The position numbers and the translations under genes were made by a program. A stretch of 63,938 nucleotides of DNA, filler included, from Chiloscyllium plagiosum (Eukaryota), in the NCBI RefSeq assembly GCF_004010195.1. It is 4 parts of one record of this genome, joined end to end, with 100 filler letters (N's around TTAATTAATTAA, not from the genome) between each part and the next. Parts side by side here need not be neighbours in the genome. Positions count along the whole stretch, not along the records: positions 27,134 to 55,555 come from NC_057713.1; 3 more parts are not named here. One strand, written 5' to 3'. Each line of letters opens with the position of its first letter. Position 1 is the first letter of the stretch. Below, one piece after another: positions 34,421 to 48,000 of this stretch. The notes beneath the pieces are model-generated. The model had not been told where the DNA came from. It saw only the letters and a list, made by a program, of their open reading frames with translations, and ran no database searches.

Positions 34421-36267
34421 TTGAATTATTTGACTTAACAGACATTCAATTTTTCAAAGTATAATTTCGGTTACATCACACTGTAAATTTTTGCTATAAA
34501 TTCTGTGTGTAAGGATTGAGCCCTCCGCTATCACTGATGAAGGAGCGACGCTCCGAAAGCTAGTATGCTTCCAATTAAACCTGTTGGACTATAGCCTGGT
34601 GTTGTGTGATTTTTAACTTTGTACACCCCAGCCCAACAGCGGCATCTCCAAATTATAAGAAAACTATTTGCTTCAATGAGACCATCTTTCATTCTTCTGA
34701 ATTCTAGAGAATACATGCCTAGTTAACTAAACCTCTCCTTCAAAGCAATGGTGCCAAGATAGAGATGAGACTGTGAAACTCCATTGTTCTCCCTTCAATG
34801 GCAATTCATTTTATAAGGAGACCAAAACTGTGAGCAATATCATGAGTGAAGTCTCAACAAGGCTCTGTACTTGGATTTGATTTGATTTATTATTCTCAAA
34901 TCTTGCTACAGTGAAAAGTTTTGTTTAGCATGCAGTACAGACAGATCAGAGGGTGACTGAACAGAATAAGGAATGCAAAGTTAGGGCTGCAAAATAGATG
35001 CACAGAAAGCAAGCTCGACGTCACATTTGAAATTTGAGAAGTTTAATGACAGCGGGGACAAAACTGTTTAACCTCTTTTTATCTTCTAGGTTATAATCGG
35101 AGGAGGAGGGGTCTCTGATGATTATGGCTACTTTTCCAAGGCAGCGAGAAGTGTAGATGGTGACAATGGAGGGAAGATTGGCTTGTCTGATGGTGTGGGC
35201 TGTGTTCACAAATCTCTGTAGTTTGCAGTCAGATCTTTTTTCTTTTTTAGTCAAACTCCCTGTAATGAAGGCTAACATACTTTTGCTCTCACCATTTTTT
35301 TCTCGAACTCTTGCTTGCCAGCTGCTTTCATAGCCTTGAACTCCAACTCTCTTAAGTTGCTTTTATGGTCCTGAAATTCAGTCACAACTTTTATGGCCTC
35401 AGTGTCTGCTAATAGGTTACTTTCAGGAAAATTGCTCTGTATGTGTTGCTGAGATGGAAGAAAGGCAGCAGTTGGGTGCAACAAATCATCATGGAGTGAT
35501 AAGTGAGGTACAGTGATGTATTCAACAAGCTTACGGATTTTTGTCAGTCTGTAAATACACGAGGGGAGTTATGCTCAGGAGAACAGAAAACCAGTGGAGG
35601 CTTATTAAGTTTTCTAGTTATAATGCATATTGTTGCATTCAAATAATTATGAAAACATGTGTGTGTGCATGTGTGTGTGATGTCCTATGTCCGACAGCTA
35701 CATAATAGCCTGCTCTGGATATTAGTAGGACAAGTGCTGAGGTCTGGTGTGTTGTGACAGCAGTCGCATCTCATGTAAAGCTAACAGTTTAGCCTGAATT
35801 CTAAGAGACAAAGTTATTGTTGTGAAAGACCATCTGGCTCATTACTTTCGCTTTATTTGGGTCAGCATCACCCTCCTTTACACCAATATCCATATTCTTC
35901 AAACATTTATATTGCGTAGTAATGGGTAATGAAGCCACGACCTGCTGAGATAGTTACAATGAAAACTTATAGCTTTAATAATCTAAAGATGGTGATGTAA
36001 TCTATTAAGTTATTATGTAACTCTGGTAACATGAACACCAAGACTGGGTTATTACCAAGTATCAAAGAATGTATGTATGGATGAACTAAATACATCACCA
36101 CTCTTTCGCAGACATAGGTGTAGTATGGACTCAAGCTGGCTCATAAATGGACATCCCTAATGTGTTATAAAGTTCAGCAGGAGCTATTCAAGCTGGAATC
36201 AATACCAATTTTGCAAGATTGTCACATGACATGATGTGACATCAACACTGTCACCTCACTCTTTTAC

Positions 36268-36775
36268 AGTCATAGAGACATACAGCACGGAAACAGACCA
36301 TTCAGTCCAACTTGTCCATGCCGACCAGATATCCTAAATTACTCTAGTCCCATTTGCCAGCACTTGGCGCAAATCCCTCTAAACGCTTCCTATTTATTTA
36401 CCCATCCAGACGCCTTTTAATTGTTATAATTGTCCCAGCCTCTACCACTTCCTCTGACAGCTCATTCTCTACATATAACATCCTCTGTGTGAAAAGGTTG
36501 CCCCTCAGGTCTCTCTTAAATCTTTCCCCTGTCACCCTAGACCTATGCTCTCTAGTTCTGGACTCCCCCACTCCAGGGAAAAGACCTTGTCCATTTATCC
36601 TATCCATGCCCCTCATGATTTTATAAACCTCTATATGGTCCCCCTCAGCCTCTGATGCTCCAGGGAAAACAGCCCAGCCTAGTCAGCCTCTCCCTTCGTT
36701 CAAACCTCCAACCCTGGCAACATCCTTGTAAATCTTTTCTGAACTCTTTCAAGTTTCATAAAATCCTTCCGATAG
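36268..36775 (-). mobile_element. CR1 LINE 3' end
   Basis: MRGMDRINGQGLFPGVGESRTREHR...FKRDLRGNLFTQR. Confidence 0.85.
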
Positions 36776-39700
36776 ATACATGCCACCTCACAACAGATGG
36801 CTCTTGAAGATTTCTAGTGATAGACCTATGAGTATTTCCTTTGGCACTTTTTTCCATTGCCTTGGAAGACAGATTTTTGATACACTGTCTTGGAAACAAA
36901 CAATCTTTGTGGTTCTGGGAAAGAAACCTGCCATCCTTATCAAGATTGGCCTACAAATGACTCCAGACCCACAGCAGTGTAATTGATTCTTAACCGTCCA
37001 TTATAAGGGCCAAGTATGGCCCAAAGGTATTATGGGTAACAACTGTTGGCTTGCCAGTGATTCCCACATGCCATGAAATAATGAAGAAACAGAAACAAAA
37101 TACTCTCAGTATTCCACTTTAAATAATTTGTCAAGATATTAGGTCAAGATTATGACATGACAACACAGTTTAAAGGGATCAATTGCTAGAAGAGTTGTAG
37201 CATTTTCCTCATTGTCAACAAAGGAAGAATGAGTTTGGTCAGGTTTTGGATCTGTGTATAATTTCAGAGAATGCATATCCAGACCACAAGTGACAACATA
37301 CAGGGAAGTCTTGCTTAATTCCACTTTTACTCTTCAAACGACTAAAAGTTGCTGGTGAGCTGTCCCATGGGTGCTAGGCTGTTATCCTCCCATTGTGATA
37401 TTATCTACCAGTTCCAGTGGGTATTAGATTGTTGAGGGTAGAAGGAAGTGGGGTTTGTGGCACGGGGTGGTGGGGGTCTCACAGATATTGTCTGAACCTG
37501 ATTCCATGTTACGATTACACATGTTGCTCCTCAGCGTGGGAACATTGGCATCTTAGTGAATTTTTGGTGAATCTGTAAAATCTTGGGCAGTCATGCACTG
37601 TGGTGTTGACAGCAAAACACATTTAATGGACATTTGTTTCATTGGGCCATTGCTGAGTTTTATGTTCTGTAGCATTTTCACATTGTAGAAGAATCTGGGT
37701 TATCATTTCAATGTTACATCCAGCAGATATTGAGGCCACAAACAAAACCAGAAATCGCTGGAAAGCTCACCAAGTCTGGCAGAATCATGGAGAAAAAGTA
37801 GGATTAATGTTTTGTGTCCAGTGACCCTTCTTTAGACCTGCCGCTGTATACTTTAATCCAACATTTCCATGTTGTGGACTGAAGGGAGACACAGTGGAGC
37901 TGCTTGTTTGTCCACGTATTGTCATTGACATTTTACATCCCACCTGAGCAGACAGGTTGGATTCACCTGTCACCTGATAAGCAGCACCCCCAAACAATAT
38001 AATAAAGAGGACAAAACCAGGTTGTCAGTGCTGAACAGTTTCTTTCTATTCTTCTTGCAGTGGATGAAAGCACAGGTTCACATTTCTGATCCAAACCTGC
38101 CAAAAACTTATTCTCACTGAATTAGAAAGCCAGAGAATCATAGTACAGGACAGAAGGTGATGATTCGGCCCATCAAGTCAGCCCTCGTTCTTTCAAAGAA
38201 CAATCCAACTTTCCCACTCTTTTTCCAAATCACAATAATTACTTTCTTCCTTCAAGTGTTCATCCATTCCCTTTCAAAATTTACTGTTGCTGCTGTATCC
38301 ATCACCTTCTGAGGCTCTCAATCTAAGTTCTAACCACTCGGGTGTAAAAAAAACGTTTGTTCCTCATTCAGGCTGTTTTTGTCTCTGTTTCTCCTTCGAA
38401 ATGCTTTTGTTGTAATTGGATGCAGTGTGTTCTTCCAAATCAATATTCACAGATTCCTTCATCCATCTTAAGTGGTAGCACTGAGCAGGTAAGTGTAAAG
38501 TGGGAACCCCTTTTACTCCCAAGTGTCTGCATTAATTCACTGACAATTATTCATTTGTGCAAGAGAGAAGAGCAGGAGCAGACCACACAGCAGATTGAGC
38601 CTCATCATTCAATGCAATCTTGTTTCTCAATTCAACTTTTCCCTGCTTTCTCTATTTCCTGCTGTTTCCTGAATGATCAAAAATCTGTCTACTTCATTCT
38701 TCAATGTACTCAATGCTGGAAGAGAGACAACCATTTGGAGTAGAAAATTCCAAGGTTTATGACCCATTGTATACAGGCATAGGGAGGCAGTGGTGTAGTG
38801 GTAACATTACTGGCTATTAAACCACAAAAATCAGGCTGATGATATGTGTTCGAGCCCCACCATCAGACTATTCATCTCTGCCTTTTGCTTACCTCTACTT
38901 TTCCACCCTTTATTAAATCGCTCTTACATGCCCACACCACATGTCCCCAGCTATTCTCTCTCTTGGGTGTCTTCACCATTCTTTTAAATCTTTACATTAC
39001 AGAATAGACTTCGTGTTTTACAGTAGTAGCAGCCAATATTAGATGCTGCAATCTGTAGGATAGAGCGAACTGGCAGAACTGTACAAGTGTCAAAAAGCGA
39101 GAGAGGCCAATGAGTCCATTACACCTTCTCTTCAATAGACCAATCACAAACTAATTTCATTAAGCCCAATCTTGCTATGGTCCAATATCTGCCTCCACAT
39201 CAAATATTTCCATAGTTTCCCTTTAATAGATGCAGTAGTACCGGCTTCAAGCAGTCTCTGTGGCAAGGCATTCCATACTTCAGCAATCCTCTGCATGTAA
39301 AAACCACAACCTTCCAACTTCGAGACAGGAGTCTTACCAGCGGAGCCAAGTTGTCAGTTAATACATCACTGTCAGCTGCAGCCAATAATAACTAGAACTG
39401 AACAAAGTGGGTAAAGTTATGATAGAGCATGCATTCCCTGGGTTTCACATGCAGGATAATTGCAAAAAGCTAGCTTTTTATACTGAATGAATCAAGTTAA
39501 AACATAATAATCTATTTCATCCCCTTTTTTACAGCAGTTGATCAAGAATGACGATGTATCTAGGATCATGCAGCAAATACACACAACAAATCCCAATCTT
39601 GTCATTGTGAGTCTTTGAATGCAGTCAACTAGGAAAATTATTGAGGAGTGACATTTCTGTTCAGGTTTTGTGCACCATTTACAATAAGCTCTAGAGTTAC

Positions 39701-40439
39701 CATGATATGATCAAACACTTCCTTTTGATGCAGCCTGCCAGAATCTGATTGATTTCAATGTAATGTTATAAAGCGGAACTGATGCATGCCAAATTTCATT
39801 TTCGCTCAAGAGTATATTTATAATCAGATTTTGTTCTATTAAAATCTTCATCAGTAACATTGCAATGACCAACGAATAACATTGTACTGTCAAAACCTTC
39901 ATCAGCAACATTGCAAAGAACAAAGAATACAAGTATTAATAAAAATGTATGTTTTGCATGTCATATCATCATGCAATGATTTAAATACACAGTTTCCCTT
40001 TTCTTGGCCTTTATAAACATCTAATTTTGAATTGATGAAATTAATCAATGTGCATTATCATCTGATTGAATTGCTATTCTTCTTCCAGACTTCCTTTAAA
40101 TGTAATTACAGTGATCAGTTATTTTTTATTTTTCCTTTGCTTGAAAATCAGATTTGGAACATTCAGACTGTTTGTTACAATGAGTTTTCCGTTTTCTTTC
40201 CAACATTGTGTAGTTTATCAGACCTCAATCATCTCATTTTATGCTGTATGAATCCATGGGCAGAATGTTACACTCTCTCACCAACAGCAGTGGTACTGCC
40301 AGTCCTTGGGCCCATTGAGACTCTTCAATGGCCAAGAGGCATCCAACTAATAGCATCAGCCTTCCCCCATTGGTATTTTACTCGGGGTGGTGAGGGGGAA
40401 GGGAGCTAGTGTTGGTTGGGAGGGATGCCATCTTTATGG

Positions 40440-41230
40440 TCATAAACTAAAACAGGTATTGCTGGAAAAGCTCAGCAGGCCTGGCAGCAGCTGCATAGAG
40501 ATATCAGAGTTAATGTTTTGGATCCATGGTAACTGATGGTAGCTAGGAAAATGTTGGTTTTATGCAGAAGATAGGGTGGGGGGAATGGGGTATGGAGTAG
40601 ATGATAGATGGAGATAGAGCCCAAAGAGAAAGAAGAACAGCTGGACAGAAAAGGAATGGGTAATGATCTGGTGAGGAGACTGAATAGCTATTAGTAGGAA
40701 CTGTTAGATTACCAACTTGCAAAACATTTCAAAGAAAATTTCTGGGACACATGCACCAATCAACCCCATTGCCCTGTGGCTGAACACTTCAACGTCCCCT
40801 CCCACCTCACCATGTACATGCAAGTCCTTGGTTTCCTCCACCGCCAAATTCTAGCCACCGATGTCTGGAGAAAGAATGCCTCACCTTCTGCTTTGGGACC
40901 CATGGGATCAATGCTGATTTCACCAGCTTCTTCATTTCCCCTACCCACACCTTATCCCAGATTCAACCCTCTAACTCGGCACTGCCCTATTGAACTGTCC
41001 TACCTGTCCATTTTCCTTCCCACCCATCCACTTTACCTTCCTTTTCGATGATTGCATTCCCAGCTACCTTCACCCTAGCCCCATCCCCTCCCATTTATCT
41101 CTCAGCTCCCTTGCCCCCCACCCCCCCATTCCTGATGAAGAGCTTATGCTTGAAATTTCAAGTCTCCTGCTCTTCAGATGCTGCCTGACCGGCTGTGCTT
41201 TTCCAGCTTTTCGACTTTTCGACTCTAACC
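40440..41230. mobile_element. Decayed Penelope-like element with inverted terminal segment
   Basis: PVAEHFNVPSHLTMYMQVLGFLHRQ is homologous to 1-378; a reverse-oriented terminus lies at ~40440-40700. Confidence 0.7.
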
Positions 41231-42142
41231 AGTCCATGCCAACACAAACCCAAACTGAACCAATTCCACCTGCCTAAGTTTGGCCCATATCCTCAAAACA
41301 TGACTTATTTATGTATTTATCCAAATGTCTTATAAACATAACTGAACCAAAAGCCACCACTTTCCCTTTAAGTTCATGCCACACACAAGCCACTTTCAGT
41401 GTAAACAAAATTTACCCCTCATCTTTTTTAAACATCTTTCTCTTCTCACTTAAAAAATATGCCCTCTAGTCTTAATAACCCCCACCCCAGGGAAAAGACA
41501 CCTGCCATTCACCTCATCTGTACCCCTCATTCTTTTATAAACCTCTACAAGCTCACCCCTCAATCTCCTACGCTTCAGTTAAAAACTCCCAGCCTATCAG
41601 GCATCTCCGTGTAACTCAAACCCTCCCTTCCCAGCAACATTGTAAATCTCTTCTGAACCTGTCCAGCTTAATTGTATCCTTCCTATAACAGGGTGATGAG
41701 AACTGGACACAGTAATCAGGAAGGGGCCTCACAAGGTACTGTACAACCTCAGCATGATTTCCCAGCTCCTATACAGTTGGGCAGCTGGTCTTTAAAATGT
41801 GCTTTTCCTCCTGAGTTAAAATGGAAAACTCATTTTAAAAGAGTTAACATTATTCCCACCATTATATTTACGTGATGTAGCCATTTGGATTGAGGTCAGG
41901 ATCCCCGCTTATAATTTAGTGGATGAGAGGGGAAAACAGAGGTGTCCTGTAAAATCCAGCTCCCTGATATTTGCTCAATGAAGACTGAGTTCCTCAAGAC
42001 CTCAGCGTAGGATAAGAATGAAGCAGGTGAAAGGAGAGTTGGCAAGGCTGAAAACCCTGGCTGGGTGCCAATGCTGCTCTTGGTCTTCAAGATGCAATAT
42101 TGCCACTTCTCACTGGGGGCTGGGATTGGCAAAATTCTTATC

Positions 42143-42369
42143 TGGGGTGAAAGTGATTACTGGAGATGCTGGAGATCAGAGTCAAGATTAGAGTGGTGCT
42201 GGAAAAGCACAGCAGGTCAGACAGCATCCGAGGAGCAGGAAAATCGACATTTCGAGCAAAAGCCCTTCATCTGGAAACTGATGAAGGGCTTTTGTCTGAA
42301 ACATCAATTTTCCTGCTCCTTGGATGCTGCCTGACCTGCTGTGCTTTTCCAGCACCACTCTAATCTTGA
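42143..42369. mobile_element. Palindromic Penelope-terminus insertion with 13-bp TSD
   Basis: ~90-bp inverted arms (42181-42271 / 42280-42370); CAAAATTCTTATC duplicated at 42130-42142 and 42370-42382. Confidence 0.85.
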
Positions 42370-42569
42370 CAAAATTCTTATCCGTCCAATTCAAAGTTAG
42401 TAATGGAGAAATAAGACTGGCCAGAGGGATGTTCTCCCCTGTTGAAATTTCCATGACTTCTTTTGCACTCAAATATCTGGACAATTGAAAACAAATTGAC
42501 TTTCAGCTCCATGAATACATACAAGTAGGGTCCACTTGAATCTTCAGATGAGTGTAAATTCCAATATTG

Positions 42570-43135
42570 AACCTAAACAATGCCTCTACTTTCTCAGGAG
42601 GCTAAGGAAATTCAGCATTGTCTACAAAGAGTCTGACCAATTTTAATAGATGCGCCATAGAAAACATTTCGGTTTGGATGCATCATGGCTTGGTATGGCA
42701 ACTGCTCTTTCTAGCACTGTAAGAAACTCCAGAGAGTTATGTACACAGCCCAATCCATCATGTAAGCCAACCTTCCACCAAATAATTCCATCTGTACTTA
42801 TTGCTGTCTCGGAAGGGCAGCCAATATCATCAAAGACCCCTCCCACCCCAGTTATAATTGCTTTCAACTTCTTCCGTTGGGCCGAAGGTACAAAAGCTTA
42901 AACACACATACCAACAGATTCAAGAACAGCTTCTTCCCTGCTGTTATTAGATTTCTGGGCCTCTCAAAATTTAACTTAATATTGATCTTGCTCTTTGTGT
43001 ACCTTCTCTGAACCTGTAACATTCCCTCTGTTCTATTACTCTAATGCACTTTGTATGGCATGATCTGCCTGTATTGCATGCAAAACAAAACTTCTCATTG
43101 TACTGAGGTGCATAGGACAATATTAAATCAAATAA
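42570..43135 (+). mobile_element. Rex1/Babar-type LINE 3' end
   Basis: Homologous to 18120-18660 (ctctactttctcaggaggctaaggaaattc...aacagcttcttccctgctgttattag). Confidence 0.6.
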
Positions 43136-43800
43136 ACAAATGTTGACATTGTCATCTTATTAAAGGAGCCAATTGCATGGAGAGAAAGAAGAGCATATAC
43201 TGTATCAACTTTGCAACAGAGATGATGTTCAAAACACTTTGTTCGTCATGTGGCCCTTTAGGAAGTTCCAAGAGTATGGCAGTTGCTGCAGAAATCCACT
43301 TCCTTTTGTAATCTCCCACAGACAGGAAGACACTGACTGGACTTCCTGGAATTGATTCGAGGTATTCAGACCTGTTATAACTTCATAGAGGGGTAATAGT
43401 TTTAAAACAGAAGTCCTTAGACACTTGCCCATTTAAAACAACTGTTATTGTGTCGGACAAAGTGTCCACAGATAACATAGCTATTCCAATCAGAGAGAAG
43501 GTTTATTAAGTAAGTTTATACTTTACATTCAGGTAGCAGTTGACAGAATACACACAATCTTTATTTCTCAGTGCAGCCTGAACATAAATTAATGAGTATT
43601 GACTTATTCTCTTTTTTTCTCACATTCTGCTTCTTTTCTCCTCTGTCTCTTTTCGTCTGAAGGATGTAAACTGTAAATGAAGCTTCCCTGGAGAACCCTT
43701 TCTCTTATATTGCAAACCTGCTGTAAAATTTGAAATGACACCATTCCCAGGATTTGGAATGCTGTAAATGGGATCTTCCAGAGATGTATGGAGCTTTTGT

Positions 43801-44107
43801 GGGCAGCATGGTGGCACAGTGGTTAGCACTGCTGCCTCACAGCGCCAGAGACCCGGGTTCATTTCCTGCTTCAGGCAACTGTCTGTGTGGAGTTTGCACA
43901 TTCTCCCTGTGTCTGCGTGGGTTTGCTCCGGTTTCCTCCCACAGTCCAAAGATATGCAGGTTAGGTGAATTGGCCATGCTAAATTGCCCGTAGTGTTAGG
44001 TGAAGGGGTAAATGTAGGGGAATGGGTCTGGGTGGGTTGCTCTTCAGAGGGTCGGTGTGGACTTGTTGGGCGGAAGAGCCTGTTTCCACACTGTAAGTAA
44101 TCTATCT
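43801..44107 (+). mobile_element. HE1-type tRNA-derived SINE (V-SINE)
   Basis: A-box TGGCACAGTGG, B-box-like GGTTCATTTCC, V-domain gtgtggagtttgcacattctccc and a short-repeat tail (aatctatctat). Confidence 0.88.
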
Positions 44108-44301
44108 ATACTTTCACAGTTTTTTGTTGAGCATTAGGGATGGGTTGGTGTTAATCATCCTGGTCAAGTCTAATCTTCTCTTCATGTGATATTTGCATTT
44201 TCCAGCAGGTTCAACTAGATTACAATACACATGTTGGCCAGCTTTTTTATTCACAAAGCAGGAATGCTGAAGCTAGTTGAGGAATGCTGAAGCTAGTTTG
44301 T

Positions 44302-44602
44302 AGGTGGCACGGTGGTTAGCACTGCTGCCTTACAGTGCCAGAGACCCGGGTTCAATTCCCGCCTCAGGCGACTCTCTGTATGGAGTTTGCACATTCTCCC
44401 TGTGTCTGCGTGGGTTTCCTCCGGGTGCTCCGGTTTCCTCCCACAATCCAAAAATGTGCAGTTTAGGTGAATTGGCCATGCTAAATTGCCCGTAGTGTTA
44501 GGTGAAGGGGTAAATGATGGGTCTCGATGGGTTACGCTTCAGCGGGTCGGTGTGGACTTGTTGGACTGAAGGGCCTTTTGCACACTGTAAGTAATCTAAT
44601 CA
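44302..44602 (+). mobile_element. HE1-type tRNA-derived SINE
   Basis: Second copy: ggtggcacggtggttagcactgctgcc...gggttcaattccc...gtaatctaatc. Confidence 0.88.
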
Positions 44603-44872
44603 AATCAGCTAGCTTGAAATTAGCACTTTCTTGGCATGGCTGTCTGCCTGGTGTATGTCCACTGTTCCACCCAGTGGAGGAAAGCAAATTTGATTGGACC
44701 TCCATTAACCACTATTAACATTCATCCTTTCCACCAACAATATGCAGTGCATACCATCGACAAGATATGCATAAGCCATGGCATTTATTTTAACTTTAAT
44801 TGTAAGACATAAGTCAATTACAACTATTAACCGATGTTGGAGTGCTGTTCTAAAACAGTCTTTTATTTCTGA

Positions 44873-45029
44873 GTTAAAAATCACACAAAACCAGGTTATA
44901 GTCCAACAGGTTTAATTGGAAGCACACTAGCTAGTGTGCTTCTAATTAAACCTGTTGGACTATAACCTGGTGTTGTGTGATTTTTAACTTTGTACACCCC
45001 AGTCCAACACCGGCATCTCCAAATCATGA
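44873..45029. mobile_element. Palindromic Penelope-terminus insertion with 13-bp TSD
   Basis: 59-bp inverted arms with no spacer, centred at 44930/44931; CTTTTATTTCTGA duplicated at 44860-44872 and 45030-45042; the arm matches 34560-34650. Confidence 0.85.
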
Positions 45030-48000
45030 CTTTTATTTCTGACCCACTGCACGATCACTCCATATCCCTGTATGTTTTCACCAGTTTCAGAATTTATGTT
45101 TATCACAATAAATACAAAACAGGGATACTTAATAAGGATGGTTGCTAAAAACAATAACCCTTACAAAGCATTACCTCTGCATGGTCATCCCCAAGTTCTG
45201 ATGAGTTTGCCATTGCATGGAAAGCACATGATCAGTCTCGAATTAGCTCAATGATGCTTGACTAATTCCTGATTGGTTTCTTAAGAGTGATAGTCATTTT
45301 ACAAATATCGCTTTCTGTTATATCCTGACTAGTTCCCTAAGGTATCAGTCTCTTTGAAAAGATATTAGATCTTTTACAGGTCTTCATTTGTTCTCCAGAG
45401 ATATAGGGGTCACATGTTTTGCTGGAATTCTCATTAGATCAGACCACATGATTGCTAGGAATCAAACCTTATCACTGTAAAGGCCCAAAAGACTCCACGA
45501 AGAAACCTAGAAACAGATTTGTACAGCCTGGGTTGCCTTATAACCAATTATATAATTAATTGAGAGTAAATAACATAAAGTAACAAGAGGCCAATGCAAA
45601 TTTAAAAACAGCAAATCAGAAAAATTATGAAACTTAATTCCAAAGTGATGTTCACATACATTAAAATAAAGTGACTGTTTCTCTTTAAGGAGCTTTCAGT
45701 TAAAAGGCTATGCAAGTTTAGAACATAAGAATTTTGGCTTGAGACCTAAAGTTGTTTTACTTCACACAACTTGCTTTGACAATTAAACTACAAAATGGCC
45801 TCATATTTATCCTGCAATGATACTATAAAATGTAAGAATGGATATCCTCCAGAATTTGTTTACAGTTAAACTATAAAATCATGATCTTTTAGACCTCAGA
45901 CAAATGTAGCACATCTCCCTTTGCAGCAAAACTAGCTATTGTCACTGGCTGGTGTGATATGACACTAGTATCTCACACTGACTTGAATTCAACAAAATAT
46001 AATGTGAGTACCTCACTTGCTTGGTCAGGTCAAGTGCCAAACCCATGACCTTTGCCACTTAGAGGTACAATTTCAACAGATATATGGGAACAGCACCACC
46101 TGCAAGTTCGCCTCCAAGAAACTCACCATCCTGACTTAGAAATATATCATAATTTCTTCACTGTGTGAAAATCCTGGAACTTTCTCTGTTTACTGTTATG
46201 GGTCTAATTACAGAACATGAGCTGCAATAGTTGAAGAAAGAGTCTCAGGACCAGGTGTTCAAGACCAATGAGGAAAAAACAATAAATGTTGTTATCCTTA
46301 TCAGTAATGCTCCCCTCTCATGAAAGAATTTTTTAACAATCCTTTCCCCTGCCAATTATACTCCAAGAATAATACTGGAAACCAACCCTCCTTATTTGTT
46401 ACAGAGCCATTTGTTACACTGTTCTCAAGCACAATGGCAATCAAGTCAGCCACAATAAGAGTTGCTCAGAATTGAAGATACCTATTGGAGTAGCTCCATC
46501 AAACAGTTTTTCCAATTAGGAGCAATATTCATTCATTTATTTATGAAATATATTGTCACTTATGCCTCGATACAGTGAAAAGTGGATAAATTTGCCACTT
46601 TCGGACGCTATTTTGAATTACTGAATAAATTGCGTAAATGGTAAAATACTGAATAAATTAATATTACATGGATATTACTAAAACTGAAAAAGCTCCAAAA
46701 AGACATTTTTCCCCCTCCATAGACTTCACCCTCCCTGCTTCTCCAGTCGCCACTGTCCCTGGGCTCCTGGCAATGTGCTCTTTTTCGACTGCCACCTAGC
46801 TGGAGACGGTCACATGGGCCCTGCACCTTTTCCGATGCTGGACACCGACTGATGGGCCAGGCTCCAAGGTGACCGATGGGCTCCTAGCTTGTGTTTCAAT
46901 GACCAAAGTTGGGATGGAGATACACGGGGGCCTGGCCCACCACAGGATGATGCCCCAGGACAACCAAAATAAAAATATTACCTAGCTGGAAAGGCAATGT
47001 TGAAACCATATGGACGTGGCATGAACCATGAGCAGTTGAGCTCCATGTTCAGGAGCAAAATGATGCCAAACCCGTCACTGCCACCATTTTGAGCAGTGGA
47101 GATGCGGCCAAGGCTACCAAGGCCTTTGCTTGCTGACTCAGTACATACTGCTCTTTATGATTTTCCTTTCAAAAAGATGTTCTGTGTGTGTTTAAAAATT
47201 GCTAGGGTGTATATTCAAACCTTTGACTTATTTTTTTGAAATTTGGAACAAGTAATTCATTTGGTTAATCAGAGATGTGCAATACATATCTCTATGAGAA
47301 CCATCCACAGAAGAAAATTGTAATCAGGCTATTGGAGTTGGGATTGAAGGTGGAAGGGACAGAGAAATTGTCAAAAAGTCAGTATCCCACTGTGCTCCTT
47401 CCTTCTTCCATCTTTTCCCATGGAGGCTTGGTGAAGACTTGGGATGAGCACTGATGAGGCAGAACAGACATTACACACATTATGGAGGTAATTAACAGGG
47501 AGTACCAAAGTGGAAATCCTTTTCCACGACAGCAGAGCAGTCCTATGCTGTGTGTTTCCAACAAGTAGGTTGGAGAAGAGAAGAGCTTGTTTGAAGGATT
47601 TTATTGAGTCCCTCCCAAAGCGAAAAATCAATTGGAAACTGGTAATACTTGGAAATGAATGTACTGGTCATACTAAAACTCTATTTGAAGATTTCAAGAT
47701 GGGTCACACCAGTATATGCTCTTAGTTTTACTGGCTTTTCCTTCTGGGTTATCCTTTACACAAACTTACAACGACCCGTTTTGTGGACTGTAGTTATTTT
47801 TAAGACGTCTGGAAGCCTGCCCCAGTGACCTTTAAGAAAGTCATAGTGAACCTTCTTCTTGAAGCTTTGCTGTCCATGACATGAAAGGCCTTCAACAGCT
47901 ATGCATTCTGCTGTATGCTGCTGGTAAGGTGTTGCTCATGAAATTGTGATTACTGTGTGTCAGGAGAAGAATAGGTGAAGGATGGGTAATAAAAGATTAC

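Noticed and set aside
39846..39930. Degenerate ~50-bp tandem duplication; also an 18-bp duplication at 44261-44298
   Set aside because: Ordinary local slippage with no sign of function.
43801..43875. tRNA-like sequence (also ~44302, ~50995, ~38784)
   Set aside because: These are tRNA-derived SINE heads, continuing into SINE body in the three HE1 copies; none gives a full cloverleaf.
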